From NCBI GenBank assembly GCA_963693055.1, contig OY843751.1, positions 2,624,001 through 2,688,000 of the forward strand: a stretch of 64,000 nt of DNA, in the 5' to 3' direction. Position 1 is the first letter of the stretch. The number at the start of each line of letters is the position of its first letter. The stretch is from a bacterium (GTDB lineage: Bacteria; Zhuqueibacterota; Zhuqueibacteria; Residuimicrobiales; Krinioviventaceae). The notes below the pieces were generated by a model. It searched no databases and had not been told where the DNA came from. It saw nothing but the letters and a program-made list of their open reading frames with translations. Below, piece by piece: positions 50,584-59,781 of the stretch. The position numbers and the translations under genes are program-made.

Positions 50584-50970
50584 TTATGCTACAGGTTCTT
50601 CATCCATAATTAACGTTTTATCAAAGTATCTCATGGATTCTTCCTGTAAGAGAACCCAAAAGGTATAAACACCCAATATGGTACCCAGGGGGATATTGAA
50701 TAAATTAAAAGCTGCGAGAATCATAATTAGGATACGGGCCCAGTTTTTACCTTTGTACAATGCGTAACCACCAATTATACCTGGAATGGAAAAAATAAAA
50801 ATAATTGTCGATATAGTAGTACCTACAGCACTTGTAATAAATAATGCCTGTTCATCGCCAGATAAGATACCGCCACCTGTAAGAATAACAAATACAACGA
50901 GTGCAGTCAAAACACCCATAATGCTAAACGCAATGTACAGAATACTTAATAAATGAATATGCTTTTCCAT
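50584..50970 (-). CDS. Hypothetical membrane protein
   Basis: Hydrophobic segments; PLGTILGVYTFWVL; ATG 50970 preceded by GGAGG. Confidence 0.8.
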   Translation of the reverse strand: MEKHIHLLSILYIAFSIMGVLTALVVFVILTGGGILSGDEQALFITSAVGTTISTIIFIFSIPGIIGGYALYKGKNWARILIMILAAFNLFNIPLGTILGVYTFWVLLQEESMRYFDKTLIMDEEPVA

Positions 50971-51034
50971 TGAACCCTCCAAAGTTATATTTGATTTAAA
51001 ATAACAAATTACAAATTGCAATCAAATATAAAAT

Positions 51035-51071
51035 AAAAAAAAATGCCAAATCGAAGCAGATTTGGCATTTT
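51035..51071 (-). terminator. Terminator downstream of metE
   Basis: AAAATGCCAAATC-GAAGCA-GATTTGGCATTTT with an A-tract on the left (U-tract on the - strand). Confidence 0.85.
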
Positions 51072-51083
51072 AAAAGGTATAGT

Positions 51084-53390
51084 TTATTTTCGAAGTCGCT
51101 TTGCTGCTTCTACCATATTGGCAAGGGCAGGCATAACTTCTTCCCATCTTCGGGTTTTTAATCCACAGTCTGGATTCACCCAAATATGTTCTTTGGGAAT
51201 ATAGTTTTGTGCTTTAACAAGTAGTTCTTCCATTTCATCAATATTTGGAATTCTTGGTGAATGGATATCATAAACACCTGGACCAATCTCATTGGGATAT
51301 TTAAAATCAACAAAGGCATCCAACAGATCCATTTTTGAGCGTGAGGATTCGATCGAGATAACATCTGCATCCAGAGCTGCAATGGATTCAATCATATCGT
51401 TAAATTCACTGTAACACATATGCGTATGAATTTGTGTTTCATCTTGAACGCCTGATGCAGAGAGTTTAAAATTATCTACTGCCCATTCAAGATATTCCGG
51501 CCAGTCAGATTGCCGCAAAGGCAAGCCTTCTCGTATCGCAGGTTCATCGATTTGTATGACCTTGATTCCTGCTTTTTCCAGGTCTACAACTTCATCTCTC
51601 AATGCTAGAGCGATTTGTTTTGTTGTTTCACTTCGGGGTTGATCATCTCGAACAAAACTCCATTGAAGAATTGTAACCGGACCTGTCAACATGCCTTTAA
51701 CCGGTTTATCGGTTAATGATTGAGAATATTGTGTCCATTCTACAGTCATTGGTGCAGGTCTGGAGACATCACCAAAGATAATTGGGGGTTTTACATAGCG
51801 ACTACCAAAACTTTGTACCCATCCGAATCGTGAAAATACAAAACCATCCAGTTGTTCACCAAAATATTCAACCATATCATTACGTTCAAATTCGCCATGG
51901 ACCAATACATCTATATCCAGATCTTCCTGTTTTTTGATTGTGTCTTGAATTTGGGTTTTAATAAATTCATCATATTCTTTTTGGGTAATTTCATTTTTTC
52001 GCAAAAGTGCCCGCATTTTTCTGATTTCAGGTGTCTGCGGAAATGAACCAATTGTTGTAGTAGGAAATGCAGGTAAATTCAAACTGGATTGTTGTATCTG
52101 ACGGCGTTTTTCAAATTCAGATGAACGTTCAAGATCCTCTTTCGATATTTTTGCGGAACGTTCTTTTACTGCCTTGTTGTGAATACGTGTACTACTGTTT
52201 CTTGAATCATTAGCAGCCTTGTTTGAATCCAGCTTTTCCTGAACATTTTCTCCGGAAATTGCTTTTGCTAGTGTAACAATTTCATCCAATTTTTCAGTAG
52301 CAAAAGACATCCAGTTTAACAACTCTGCGTCAAGCTTACTTTCATTCGCAATAGTTACCGGGGAATGAATCATTGAACAGGAGGGAGCAATCATCAAGCT
52401 TTCAACTCCCAAAGTCGATTTTGCTTTTTCTAATACTGATAATGAATCATTATAATTATTTTTCCAAATATTTCTTCCATTTACAATACCAATGGATAAA
52501 ATTTTGTTTTCAGGAAATGATTCAATTACAGTATCTATTTCTTTTCTGCCTCTAACAGAATCTACATGCAGAGCAGAAACTGGTAATGATAAAAATACAG
52601 CCAGATTTTCTCGTATTTCACCAAAGTAGTTTGCTACCATCAGCTTTAATTTATTGACAGAACCAGCAAGAACTTTATAAGTTTTGGTTAATGCTTCAAG
52701 TTCTTCTTTAGTGAGATCCAGTGAAAAAATGGGTTCATCAATTTGTACCCATTCAGCGCCCATTTCTTCAAGTTTTTGTAAAATTTGAATATATACAGGC
52801 AGCATTTTGTCTAAAAGCGTATATCTGTCAAAGCTTGAGGCATCATCACCAAATACCTTACCCATTTTTAAATAAGTAACGGGTCCCACAAGTACGGGTT
52901 TTGTTTTAATTCCTTCGGATAGTGCTTCCTGAAATTCATCAAATATTTTTGTAGAAGCTAGTTTAAAATCCATATTTGATGTTAATTCTGGAACAATATA
53001 ATGGTAGTTGGTATCAAACCATTTTGTCATTTCGCTGGCATATGTTGCTTTATCATTGCTTGTACCAATTTTTGACAATCCTCTTGCAATGGTAAACATG
53101 AGATCAAGATCAGTGGTGTTCTGGTTCCTATTAAAGCGGGAAGGAATTGCACCCAATGTACAAGTCATATCCAATACCTGATCATAAAAACTAAAATCAT
53201 TCGATGGGATCAGTTCAATACCAGCTTTTTTTTGTGTGTTCCAGTTTAATTTTCTTAATGCGGAAGCGGTTTCTAATAATTCATTTGAATCAATTTTATT
53301 AGACCAATATGCTTCAGTGGCTTTTTTGAGTTCGCGTTTTGCACCAATTCGTGGGAAGCCAAGATTATTGGTCAATACAGAATTAGACAT
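51084..53390 (-). CDS. metE: Cobalamin-independent methionine synthase
   Basis: LGFPRIGAKRELK, KWFDTNYHY, THMCYSEF, WVNPDCGLKTR. Confidence 0.98.
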   Translation of the reverse strand: MSNSVLTNNLGFPRIGAKRELKKATEAYWSNKIDSNELLETASALRKLNWNTQKKAGIELIPSNDFSFYDQVLDMTCTLGAIPSRFNRNQNTTDLDLMFTIARGLSKIGTSNDKATYASEMTKWFDTNYHYIVPELTSNMDFKLASTKIFDEFQEALSEGIKTKPVLVGPVTYLKMGKVFGDDASSFDRYTLLDKMLPVYIQILQKLEEMGAEWVQIDEPIFSLDLTKEELEALTKTYKVLAGSVNKLKLMVANYFGEIRENLAVFLSLPVSALHVDSVRGRKEIDTVIESFPENKILSIGIVNGRNIWKNNYNDSLSVLEKAKSTLGVESLMIAPSCSMIHSPVTIANESKLDAELLNWMSFATEKLDEIVTLAKAISGENVQEKLDSNKAANDSRNSSTRIHNKAVKERSAKISKEDLERSSEFEKRRQIQQSSLNLPAFPTTTIGSFPQTPEIRKMRALLRKNEITQKEYDEFIKTQIQDTIKKQEDLDIDVLVHGEFERNDMVEYFGEQLDGFVFSRFGWVQSFGSRYVKPPIIFGDVSRPAPMTVEWTQYSQSLTDKPVKGMLTGPVTILQWSFVRDDQPRSETTKQIALALRDEVVDLEKAGIKVIQIDEPAIREGLPLRQSDWPEYLEWAVDNFKLSASGVQDETQIHTHMCYSEFNDMIESIAALDADVISIESSRSKMDLLDAFVDFKYPNEIGPGVYDIHSPRIPNIDEMEELLVKAQNYIPKEHIWVNPDCGLKTRRWEEVMPALANMVEAAKRLRK

Positions 53391-53472
53391 GTTGGCCCTT
53401 TCATATTTGAGCTTTGAAGTTAATTTGTTTACACAAATAACTAAAAAACAGTAGTGAATATTTCACAATATT

Positions 53473-54042
53473 TTATTTTTTCTTTAAAACTGCACGCCAC
53501 CCGGTTCGGGGGACACTGGTAGGATTGTACATTTTACTAATGGATCCGGCATGTTCTATTACGTAAAATGCATAGGGTGAATGTTTTTCAATTATAGGTA
53601 TGATTCTTTTTAAATTCTTTCGTTCACAAGCAATAAATAATATGAGTACATCACCTTTTGCACCTTCTCCATTTACAGTGGTTACAGGAAAACCTTCCTG
53701 ACGGATTTCTGATGCAATAAGATCACCATGCTGTGAAGTTATAATACGCATTACAATTTGTCCAAGAGCAAGCCTTCTTTCTATCAATATACCTACTACA
53801 TTACCGGTAGAAAAACCAAAAGCATAAAACAATGCAATGATTGGATAGTGTATCACTTTATCCAATACTGTAGAAAGAACCAGTAACCACATACTGATTT
53901 CAAAAAAACCTAATATAAAAGCTACCTTGGTCTTGCCCCTGATTATTGATATGGTTCTTAAGGTACCAATACTAACATCTATGATTCGAGCACAAAATAC
54001 TAAAATACCTGTTAGTAATATGCTCAAGTTTATAAATTCCAT
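53473..54042 (-). CDS. DUF2179/UPF0316 family membrane protein
   Basis: ARIIDVSIGTLR, GFFE, YAFGFSTGNVVGI.IE, GFPVT...GEG. Confidence 0.88.
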   Translation of the reverse strand: MEFINLSILLTGILVFCARIIDVSIGTLRTISIIRGKTKVAFILGFFEISMWLLVLSTVLDKVIHYPIIALFYAFGFSTGNVVGILIERRLALGQIVMRIITSQHGDLIASEIRQEGFPVTTVNGEGAKGDVLILFIACERKNLKRIIPIIEKHSPYAFYVIEHAGSISKMYNPTSVPRTGWRAVLKKK

Positions 54043-54054
54043 AAAATATAATCT

Positions 54055-54735
54055 TTAATTCAAAAATTCAAAAATACTGTTAACAAATTGAAGGTTACTG
54101 TCAATAATTTTTTCTCTGTTTTTATCAGGTGCTTGGTTGTTTAACTCCATTGCATCATACAGGCTTTCGCGAGCAGATTTTAATAAATCTATTTCAGAGT
54201 TAATTTTATCTCTCGTTTCCTGAACGTACAATACTTTTTCATCACCATAAGGCATGATTTCAAGATCTTTCATTCTGCTAGCGTATTCTGTTCTCTTTTT
54301 GAATTCGTTGATAGAATAAAAGCCAATATTATTGTATTGCCAGGATGCAATATCTGGTCTGTTTAATTTCTGAGCAACGCTTGCAGCCTTGTTTAATGAT
54401 TTTAATAAACTATCAAAATCACCATTTTCTTTATATTGGGTGATTTCATCACGTGCCTGATTGTATGCAGACCAAAGATCAGCTTCTGATATAACCTGAG
54501 AGTATTCTACAGGTTTAATCTTGGGCAGTTTTTCAACAACCTGCTTTGATGATGTTTCTGCCGTATCTGTTATACTGGTTTTATCATCATGTTTTACAGC
54601 ATTTGAATTATCAGAATTTTCATTGCTACTATGATATGTTTCTGGTTCTATTTCCTGAAATTCGCTTTTGTTTTCATTGTTTTTTTGACAACTCAGAAAA
54701 ATAAAAACAATTAAAACCACCCCAATTTTTCTCAT
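54055..54735 (-). CDS. Hypothetical lipoprotein
   Basis: Lipobox FLSC, low-complexity linker, helical C-terminal domain. Confidence 0.75.
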   Translation of the reverse strand: MRKIGVVLIVFIFLSCQKNNENKSEFQEIEPETYHSSNENSDNSNAVKHDDKTSITDTAETSSKQVVEKLPKIKPVEYSQVISEADLWSAYNQARDEITQYKENGDFDSLLKSLNKAASVAQKLNRPDIASWQYNNIGFYSINEFKKRTEYASRMKDLEIMPYGDEKVLYVQETRDKINSEIDLLKSARESLYDAMELNNQAPDKNREKIIDSNLQFVNSIFEFLN

Positions 54736-54819
54736 GAAAGCCTCTAATTTCTACGATATATGAATTTGTGTAATATTATAGACATATTAATAGAGGCAAG
54801 CTAATTTTTCTGAAAAAAA

Positions 54820-55245
54820 TTACTGATTAGCTTCAGAAATAGCTTTAGCCTTTATTAATGCATCATTATAGTTTTCAACAATGTGGATTTTAATTCCCTG
54901 TTTTTCTGCCGTATCCATATAGTCTTTCATAGCTTCTTTTGTTATTGCACTTGTAGGGGGAATAACAATTAAATCTTTGGCCCCATAGTGTACGGCACGT
55001 GTAAAGTAAAATGTATCAATCCATTCAAGATCATCTGTTCTAATGGTATTTTTTGCTTCGCTTGTATCCATAATAACACAAGGAGGTTTAAATTGCTGTA
55101 AAGTTTTAGCCATTGCCCTGTAACAAGGTTCAAGATCTTCAAAGGCGATCATTGTATACCATTTTGCAATTAAGCAGTTAATTTCTTCATTATATTCAGC
55201 TTTAACAATATTTTCTTTAATAGAATTATATACAACTTGACTCAT
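54820..55245 (-). CDS. Hypothetical protein (STAS/SpoIIAA-like)
   Basis: Pattern W...IMDTS...DLEWI...F....YG.....V.P...A. Confidence 0.6.
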   Translation of the reverse strand: MSQVVYNSIKENIVKAEYNEEINCLIAKWYTMIAFEDLEPCYRAMAKTLQQFKPPCVIMDTSEAKNTIRTDDLEWIDTFYFTRAVHYGAKDLIVIPPTSAITKEAMKDYMDTAEKQGIKIHIVENYNDALIKAKAISEANQ

Positions 55246-55319
55246 TTTCTTACCTTTTCTTAATTAAATACTATATTACAAATTTTCTTTTTCTTTATCA
55301 AGTAAAAATATGTAAACAA

Positions 55320-55880
55320 TTATAACCCAATTTCTTTGGATACTTTTTGCATAGCTAATATAACATCCTCAATGAGTAAATTAATTTCAATTTCCATCAT
55401 TGCAGCTCCTTTTTCTATAATTTCACGATTTGCACCAGCAGCAAATGATTTTTGATTCCATTTCTTTTTAACGGATTTTAAAGTAACATCCATAATACTT
55501 TTGGAAGGGCGAACCAGGGCGACCGCTGCTATTAATCCGGTCAATTCATCTACAGTATAAAGAGTCTTTTCCAAATCTGTTTCAGGTTTAACATCTGTAC
55601 AAATCTCCCAACCATGAGACAATACTGCTCTGATATACTCTGGGGGCCAGTTATGTTCCTCAAGCATTTCCTTGGATTTTTGACAATGAAGAGCAGGATA
55701 TTTTTCATAATCCAGATCATGTATCAGTCCTATAATACCCCATTTTTCTTCATCTTGATTGTATTTCTTTGCAAAGTGTCTCATTGTTGCTTCAACTGCA
55801 AGTGCATGATTGATTAAGGCTGTATTACTATTGTGTTCTTTTAGTAGATTCAATGCATCTGAACGGTCAGGTACCATCAT
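55320..55880 (-). CDS. HD/HDIG-domain hydrolase
   Basis: HALAVE, IHDLDYE, DELTGLI.A.ALVRPSK. Confidence 0.9.
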   Translation of the reverse strand: MMVPDRSDALNLLKEHNSNTALINHALAVEATMRHFAKKYNQDEEKWGIIGLIHDLDYEKYPALHCQKSKEMLEEHNWPPEYIRAVLSHGWEICTDVKPETDLEKTLYTVDELTGLIAAVALVRPSKSIMDVTLKSVKKKWNQKSFAAGANREIIEKGAAMMEIEINLLIEDVILAMQKVSKEIGL

Positions 55881-55991
55881 ATACTCCGAGTCTTTTTATA
55901 TAGATGAACAGTAAGTAAACAAGATTCAAAAATAATGAAACATTGACAGGATTCGTAAAAAAAAGTTTAGCTATTAAAATTCAAGAAAAGA

Positions 55992-56492
55992 TCAGAGATT
56001 CTTGTGATTTTTAGGAAAGTCAAAAAGCTTAAATTTTCCACTTGATTCGGTAATATCCTGCCAGAACAATGATTCAAATGTAACATAAAATATGCCACAA
56101 GTTGGGATATTATCAACATGATGATTTGTTAAAAAATATGCTAGTGAAGTTATATCAGGATTATGTCCAACAAGATAAACCGTATTATATTTTTCATCCA
56201 GGGATTTAATTTTTTCAAACATTGCATGGATACCATTCAAATACAATTCTTTGTAAAGCGAGATGTTTTTCTTGGGATAATCAGTTTGTTTGGCAATTTT
56301 TTTGGCTGTCTTGTGGGCTCTTACGGCAGGGCTGGAAATTATGAGATCGGGTAGAACGCCCATCTCCTTTAAACGTTTTCCCATAAGCGGAGCATCATGC
56401 TTTCCGCGTTGGTTTAAAGGACGTTGTAAATCAGTCAAGTTGGGATGGTCCCAACTTGACTTGGCGTGTCTTATTAATACTAGATGTTTCAT
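55992..56492 (-). CDS. SixA-like phosphohistidine phosphatase
   Basis: IRHAKSSW, RPLNQRG, SSPAVRA, VGHNP. Confidence 0.92.
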   Translation of the reverse strand: MKHLVLIRHAKSSWDHPNLTDLQRPLNQRGKHDAPLMGKRLKEMGVLPDLIISSPAVRAHKTAKKIAKQTDYPKKNISLYKELYLNGIHAMFEKIKSLDEKYNTVYLVGHNPDITSLAYFLTNHHVDNIPTCGIFYVTFESLFWQDITESSGKFKLFDFPKNHKNL

Positions 56493-56538
56493 GAGCGTTC
56501 ATTACCCGATATGATATCAAGTATTCAAAATTGTTTTA

Positions 56539-57093
56539 TCATTTAGGTACTGGATGAGCTATAGTTTGCATAGCTGCTGCAAAATCCATTTCTTTATATG
56601 TAGGACTTTCAGAATTGTGACATTTTTTACAAGTTTCTGCAGTTGGTTCTACAGCTCCTACTGCTGCAAAATCTTGTGTGCCATCATACATGGCTTTCAT
56701 AACTTTTAATGATTTATAAAGCGAACCCGGTCCATGACAAGCTTCACAACTAATACCTTCTTCTATTGTCAAGGAGGCTTCTTTAACAGATGCAGGTTCT
56801 TCATAAGCAGTTACATGACACTTTAAACACTTTGGTGATTCCTGAGGATTTCCTTCAACTCCCACTTTTTTAGCTGCTGCTTTTGCTTCTTCTGTAGCAA
56901 GCACTTCATATGCTTTTGAATGCGGACCTTCCATCCAAACTTTTTGTTGGTTACCGCGTTTAGCACTTTTGTGGCATATGTTACATTTTTTTTCACCAAT
57001 GTATTTTGCCTGGTCTTTTTGTGCTGATACATGAGTTGTCAATAGTGTGAGGGCAAACACAGCACCTAAAACAACAATTATCGCCTTTTTCAT
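56539..57093 (-). CDS. Tetraheme cytochrome c (c554-like), exported
   Basis: Signal peptide; four CxxCH motifs (CNICH, CLKCH, CEACH, CKKCH); YIG..KC..CH and CEACHGPGS motifs. Confidence 0.9.
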   Translation of the reverse strand: MKKAIIVVLGAVFALTLLTTHVSAQKDQAKYIGEKKCNICHKSAKRGNQQKVWMEGPHSKAYEVLATEEAKAAAKKVGVEGNPQESPKCLKCHVTAYEEPASVKEASLTIEEGISCEACHGPGSLYKSLKVMKAMYDGTQDFAAVGAVEPTAETCKKCHNSESPTYKEMDFAAAMQTIAHPVPK

Positions 57094-57164
57094 AATAATT
57101 TTCCTTTCCTATTGTTAACCAACTGATAAATGTTAAGGAATAATAATGCAATAATCAAATAGTT

Positions 57165-57182
57165 TTGTAGAATTTTTCACAG
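57165..57182. promoter_or_regulatory. Rex-like operator
   Basis: TTGTAGA-ATTT-TTCACAG versus Rex consensus TTGTGAA-N4-TTCACAA (11/14). Confidence 0.5.
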
Positions 57183-57277
57183 GTTGCTTGAAAAAAGTAC
57201 ATAATCTGCTTGATTTTATATGGATCTATGATTATCATTCTTTAGATACGCTGCTTTTTTATATAGATCTTTAAAAG

Positions 57278-57295
57278 TTGTGAAATGTTTATCAA
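57278..57295. promoter_or_regulatory. Rex-like operator
   Basis: TTGTGAA-ATGT-TTATCAA versus Rex consensus (12/14). Confidence 0.55.
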
Positions 57296-57457
57296 TATAT
57301 TGAATGTAATTAAAGTTGTTGAGACCACATTCATTTTTGGAGAAAACCATTGTTATATTTCGATTACAACATTCATTGGACATAATCAGCAATAAATGTG
57401 TTTCAATTTACAACGTACATTTGAATTGAATTAATCATTATAAATGAGGCTGTTGAA

Positions 57458-59263
57458 TTGTATAAGAAAATAATATTTATTCTGGTCGGCATTTCACTGG
57501 TCTTTATCGGTTGCTCAAACGATAAGGTACCTACGCCATCAACATCGCATCCTGAATCATGGACAAATGTTGGTAATGCAGATTTTCACGGAACCAAAGT
57601 TTTAACTTCAGGTCTTGTTTCTTGTAAATCATGCCATGGAAATGATTTTATGGGTGGTGATTCTAAAGTTTCATGTTACAGTTGTCATGAATCTTATCCG
57701 CATACCGATGTTTGGAATGTATTGGGATCAGATAATAATCATGGTGCCTTTGTAATTGACAACAATTGGGAACTTAATGCCTGTAGCAGATGTCATGGTA
57801 TGGATTATGAAGGTGGGAAAAGTGATATTTCTTGTTATTCCTGTCATGATTCTTATCCTCATTTTCCAACATGGACACTGTCTGAATCTGAACTGTTTCA
57901 TGGCAAGTATTTAAAAGCTCACGATTATACTGTTGGTAATTGTCAGAGTTGTCATGGACAGGATTATACTGGCGGTTCCAGCGAAACCTCTTGTTATCAA
58001 TGTCATGCCAATTATCCACATATGGATACCTGGATGGGTACAACCAATGCAAGCCATGGTTCTTTCATTCTTGCAGATGAAAACAATATTCAATCTTGTG
58101 AAACCTGCCATGGATCTGATTATGGCGGTGGTACCAGTGATGTTTCCTGTTATACCTGTCACCAAACATATCCTCACTTTGCATCCTGGAATGAACCCGA
58201 ATCTGATCAGTTTCATGGAAAATATGTAGAATCTGCAAATTGGAATGTTGAATCTTGTGAGTCCTGCCATGGTTATGATTATACCGGCGGAACTTCCAAT
58301 GTTTCCTGTTATACTTGTCATCAATCATTTCCACATAATGATAGCTGGCTAACAGAAACAGAAGATGGTCATGGTGCATTTATGAAAAATGCAAATTGGG
58401 CTGTAGAAAATTGTACAACATGTCATGGTGAAGATTTAGCAGGTGGTAGTAGTGAGGTATCCTGTTATACCTGTCATGAAACGTATCCGCATGATTCCGA
58501 GTGGATGAATATGGCTTCCAATGAATCTCATGGAAGTTTTGTAAAAGCCCAGGAATGGGATACACAATCCTGTCAAGCATGTCATGGCGAGGATCTGGCT
58601 GGTGGAACAAGTGACGTTTCCTGCTATACCTGTCATGAATCATACCCGCATGATGATACATGGTTAACTGCAACAGAAGAAGGGCATGGCGCATTTGTGA
58701 AAGCACTGGATTGGAACCTGGAAAGTTGTACAGCTTGCCATGGTGAAGATTATAAAGGAGGCAGCAGCGAGGTTTCCTGTTATACCTGTCACGAGTCTTA
58801 TCCACATCCTGAAAATCATGAATGGGTAGGCGGAACGGATGTGTCTCATGGTAAATATATTAAAACTCAATATTGGGATTTGTCTTCATGTCAGTTGTGT
58901 CACGGAGAGGACTATGCTGGTGGTTCAACAAACACCAGTTGTACAACTTGTCACTCGGGTGAACAAGGCCCGGAATCCTGTAATGTTTGCCATGGAAGTG
59001 GTTTTAATGCCGCACCTCCACAGGATTTAGCAGATCATTCTGAAACTACCTATTTGGGTGTTGGTGCACATCAGACACATATGGCAGTTTCTCCGTATTG
59101 TGAATTATGTCACCATCAACCTGAATCATTTGATGACCCGTTACACCTTGACGGGAATCTTCCCGCAGAAGTTAATGAAAATCTGCAATGGGATCGTGAA
59201 ACCGCAACCTGTGGTAATGTGTATTGTCACTCGGATGAAAATAGAGATTATACCTGGAATTGA
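57458..59263 (+). CDS. Multiheme cytochrome c lipoprotein (20 CxxCH + 1 CxxxxCH) with nine tandem two-heme repeats
   Basis: Lipobox FIGC; motifs counted in the translation; C-terminal CELCH...CGNVYCH of the CxxxxCH/CxxCH type. Confidence 0.93.
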   Translation: MYKKIIFILVGISLVFIGCSNDKVPTPSTSHPESWTNVGNADFHGTKVLTSGLVSCKSCHGNDFMGGDSKVSCYSCHESYPHTDVWNVLGSDNNHGAFVIDNNWELNACSRCHGMDYEGGKSDISCYSCHDSYPHFPTWTLSESELFHGKYLKAHDYTVGNCQSCHGQDYTGGSSETSCYQCHANYPHMDTWMGTTNASHGSFILADENNIQSCETCHGSDYGGGTSDVSCYTCHQTYPHFASWNEPESDQFHGKYVESANWNVESCESCHGYDYTGGTSNVSCYTCHQSFPHNDSWLTETEDGHGAFMKNANWAVENCTTCHGEDLAGGSSEVSCYTCHETYPHDSEWMNMASNESHGSFVKAQEWDTQSCQACHGEDLAGGTSDVSCYTCHESYPHDDTWLTATEEGHGAFVKALDWNLESCTACHGEDYKGGSSEVSCYTCHESYPHPENHEWVGGTDVSHGKYIKTQYWDLSSCQLCHGEDYAGGSTNTSCTTCHSGEQGPESCNVCHGSGFNAAPPQDLADHSETTYLGVGAHQTHMAVSPYCELCHHQPESFDDPLHLDGNLPAEVNENLQWDRETATCGNVYCHSDENRDYTWN

Positions 59264-59273
59264 TTTTGAATAG

Positions 59274-59301
59274 GGGGAAATGCCTTTAAAGGCGTTTCCC
59301 C
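59274..59301. terminator. Hairpin between the cytochrome and the convergent GNAT pseudogene
   Basis: GGGGAAATGCCT-TTAA-AGGCGTTTCCCC; no clear U-tract. Confidence 0.6.
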
Positions 59302-59710
59302 ATTCCTATGACATTGTCGTCTTAATAACCCAAATGCTCATAAAAGGCAATTACATTTTTATTTGTTTTTCTAACCTGTAAATTAATTTTAGGACACCCC
59401 ATAGATTTAAGCAATTATTCTGCTGCTTGCATTAAGGCCTTACCGATACCTTGTTTCGGATGTGTAAGGGATACGGCAAGATAGTTGACCCAACCACGAT
59501 GACCTTCATAGCAAACCATTACTGAACCAGCCAAAACATCATTTATTACTGCTACTAGTATTCCTTGTGGATGATAAGCAATTTTCATATCTATGTCTTT
59601 ATCCGGATCATTCCAGGGAACGATCAATTCGCATTCCTTCCACAATTCAATAAGAGCATTTCTGTCATTTTCCTCATAGATTCTGATTTTAAATGGTTAT
59701 TATTCTTCAC
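59286..59710 (-). pseudogene. GNAT acetyltransferase (YpeA-like) pseudogene
   Basis: PWNDP..DI..K, YEGHRGWVNYLAV, GCPKINLQVR..N, MGKRL; in-frame TAA at 59415-59417 and 59322-59324; the SD-preceded GTG (59710) is 1 nt out of frame. Confidence 0.88.
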
Positions 59711-59722
59711 AATTGCTCCCTT

Positions 59723-59759
59723 AAAAAAAGCCGCATAATAATAAACTATTATACGGCTT
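59723..59759 (-). terminator. Terminator downstream of transaldolase
   Basis: A-tract-GCCGCATAATA...TATTATACGGCTT. Confidence 0.8.
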
Positions 59760-59781
59760 GAAAATCAATATTAAATTAAAT

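Noticed and set aside
53391-53472. Possible cobalamin or SAM riboswitch, or Rex site, upstream of metE
   Set aside because: Only 82 bp, AT-rich, no riboswitch core. TAGTGAA-TAT-TTCACAA has a 3-bp spacer rather than the 4-bp Rex spacer, so it is left uncalled.
58012-58806. TTATCCACA DnaA-box matches
   Set aside because: They arise from Tyr-Pro-His codons of the cytochrome repeats, inside a CDS.
57900-58950. Periodic ~20-bp repeats resembling a CRISPR array
   Set aside because: Period is 156-159 bp and in frame with protein repeats; no cas genes.
59728-59758. dif-like sequence (CGCATAAT...TTATA)
   Set aside because: Arm spacing is not 6 bp and there is no TTATGTTAAAT XerD arm; explained as the transaldolase terminator.
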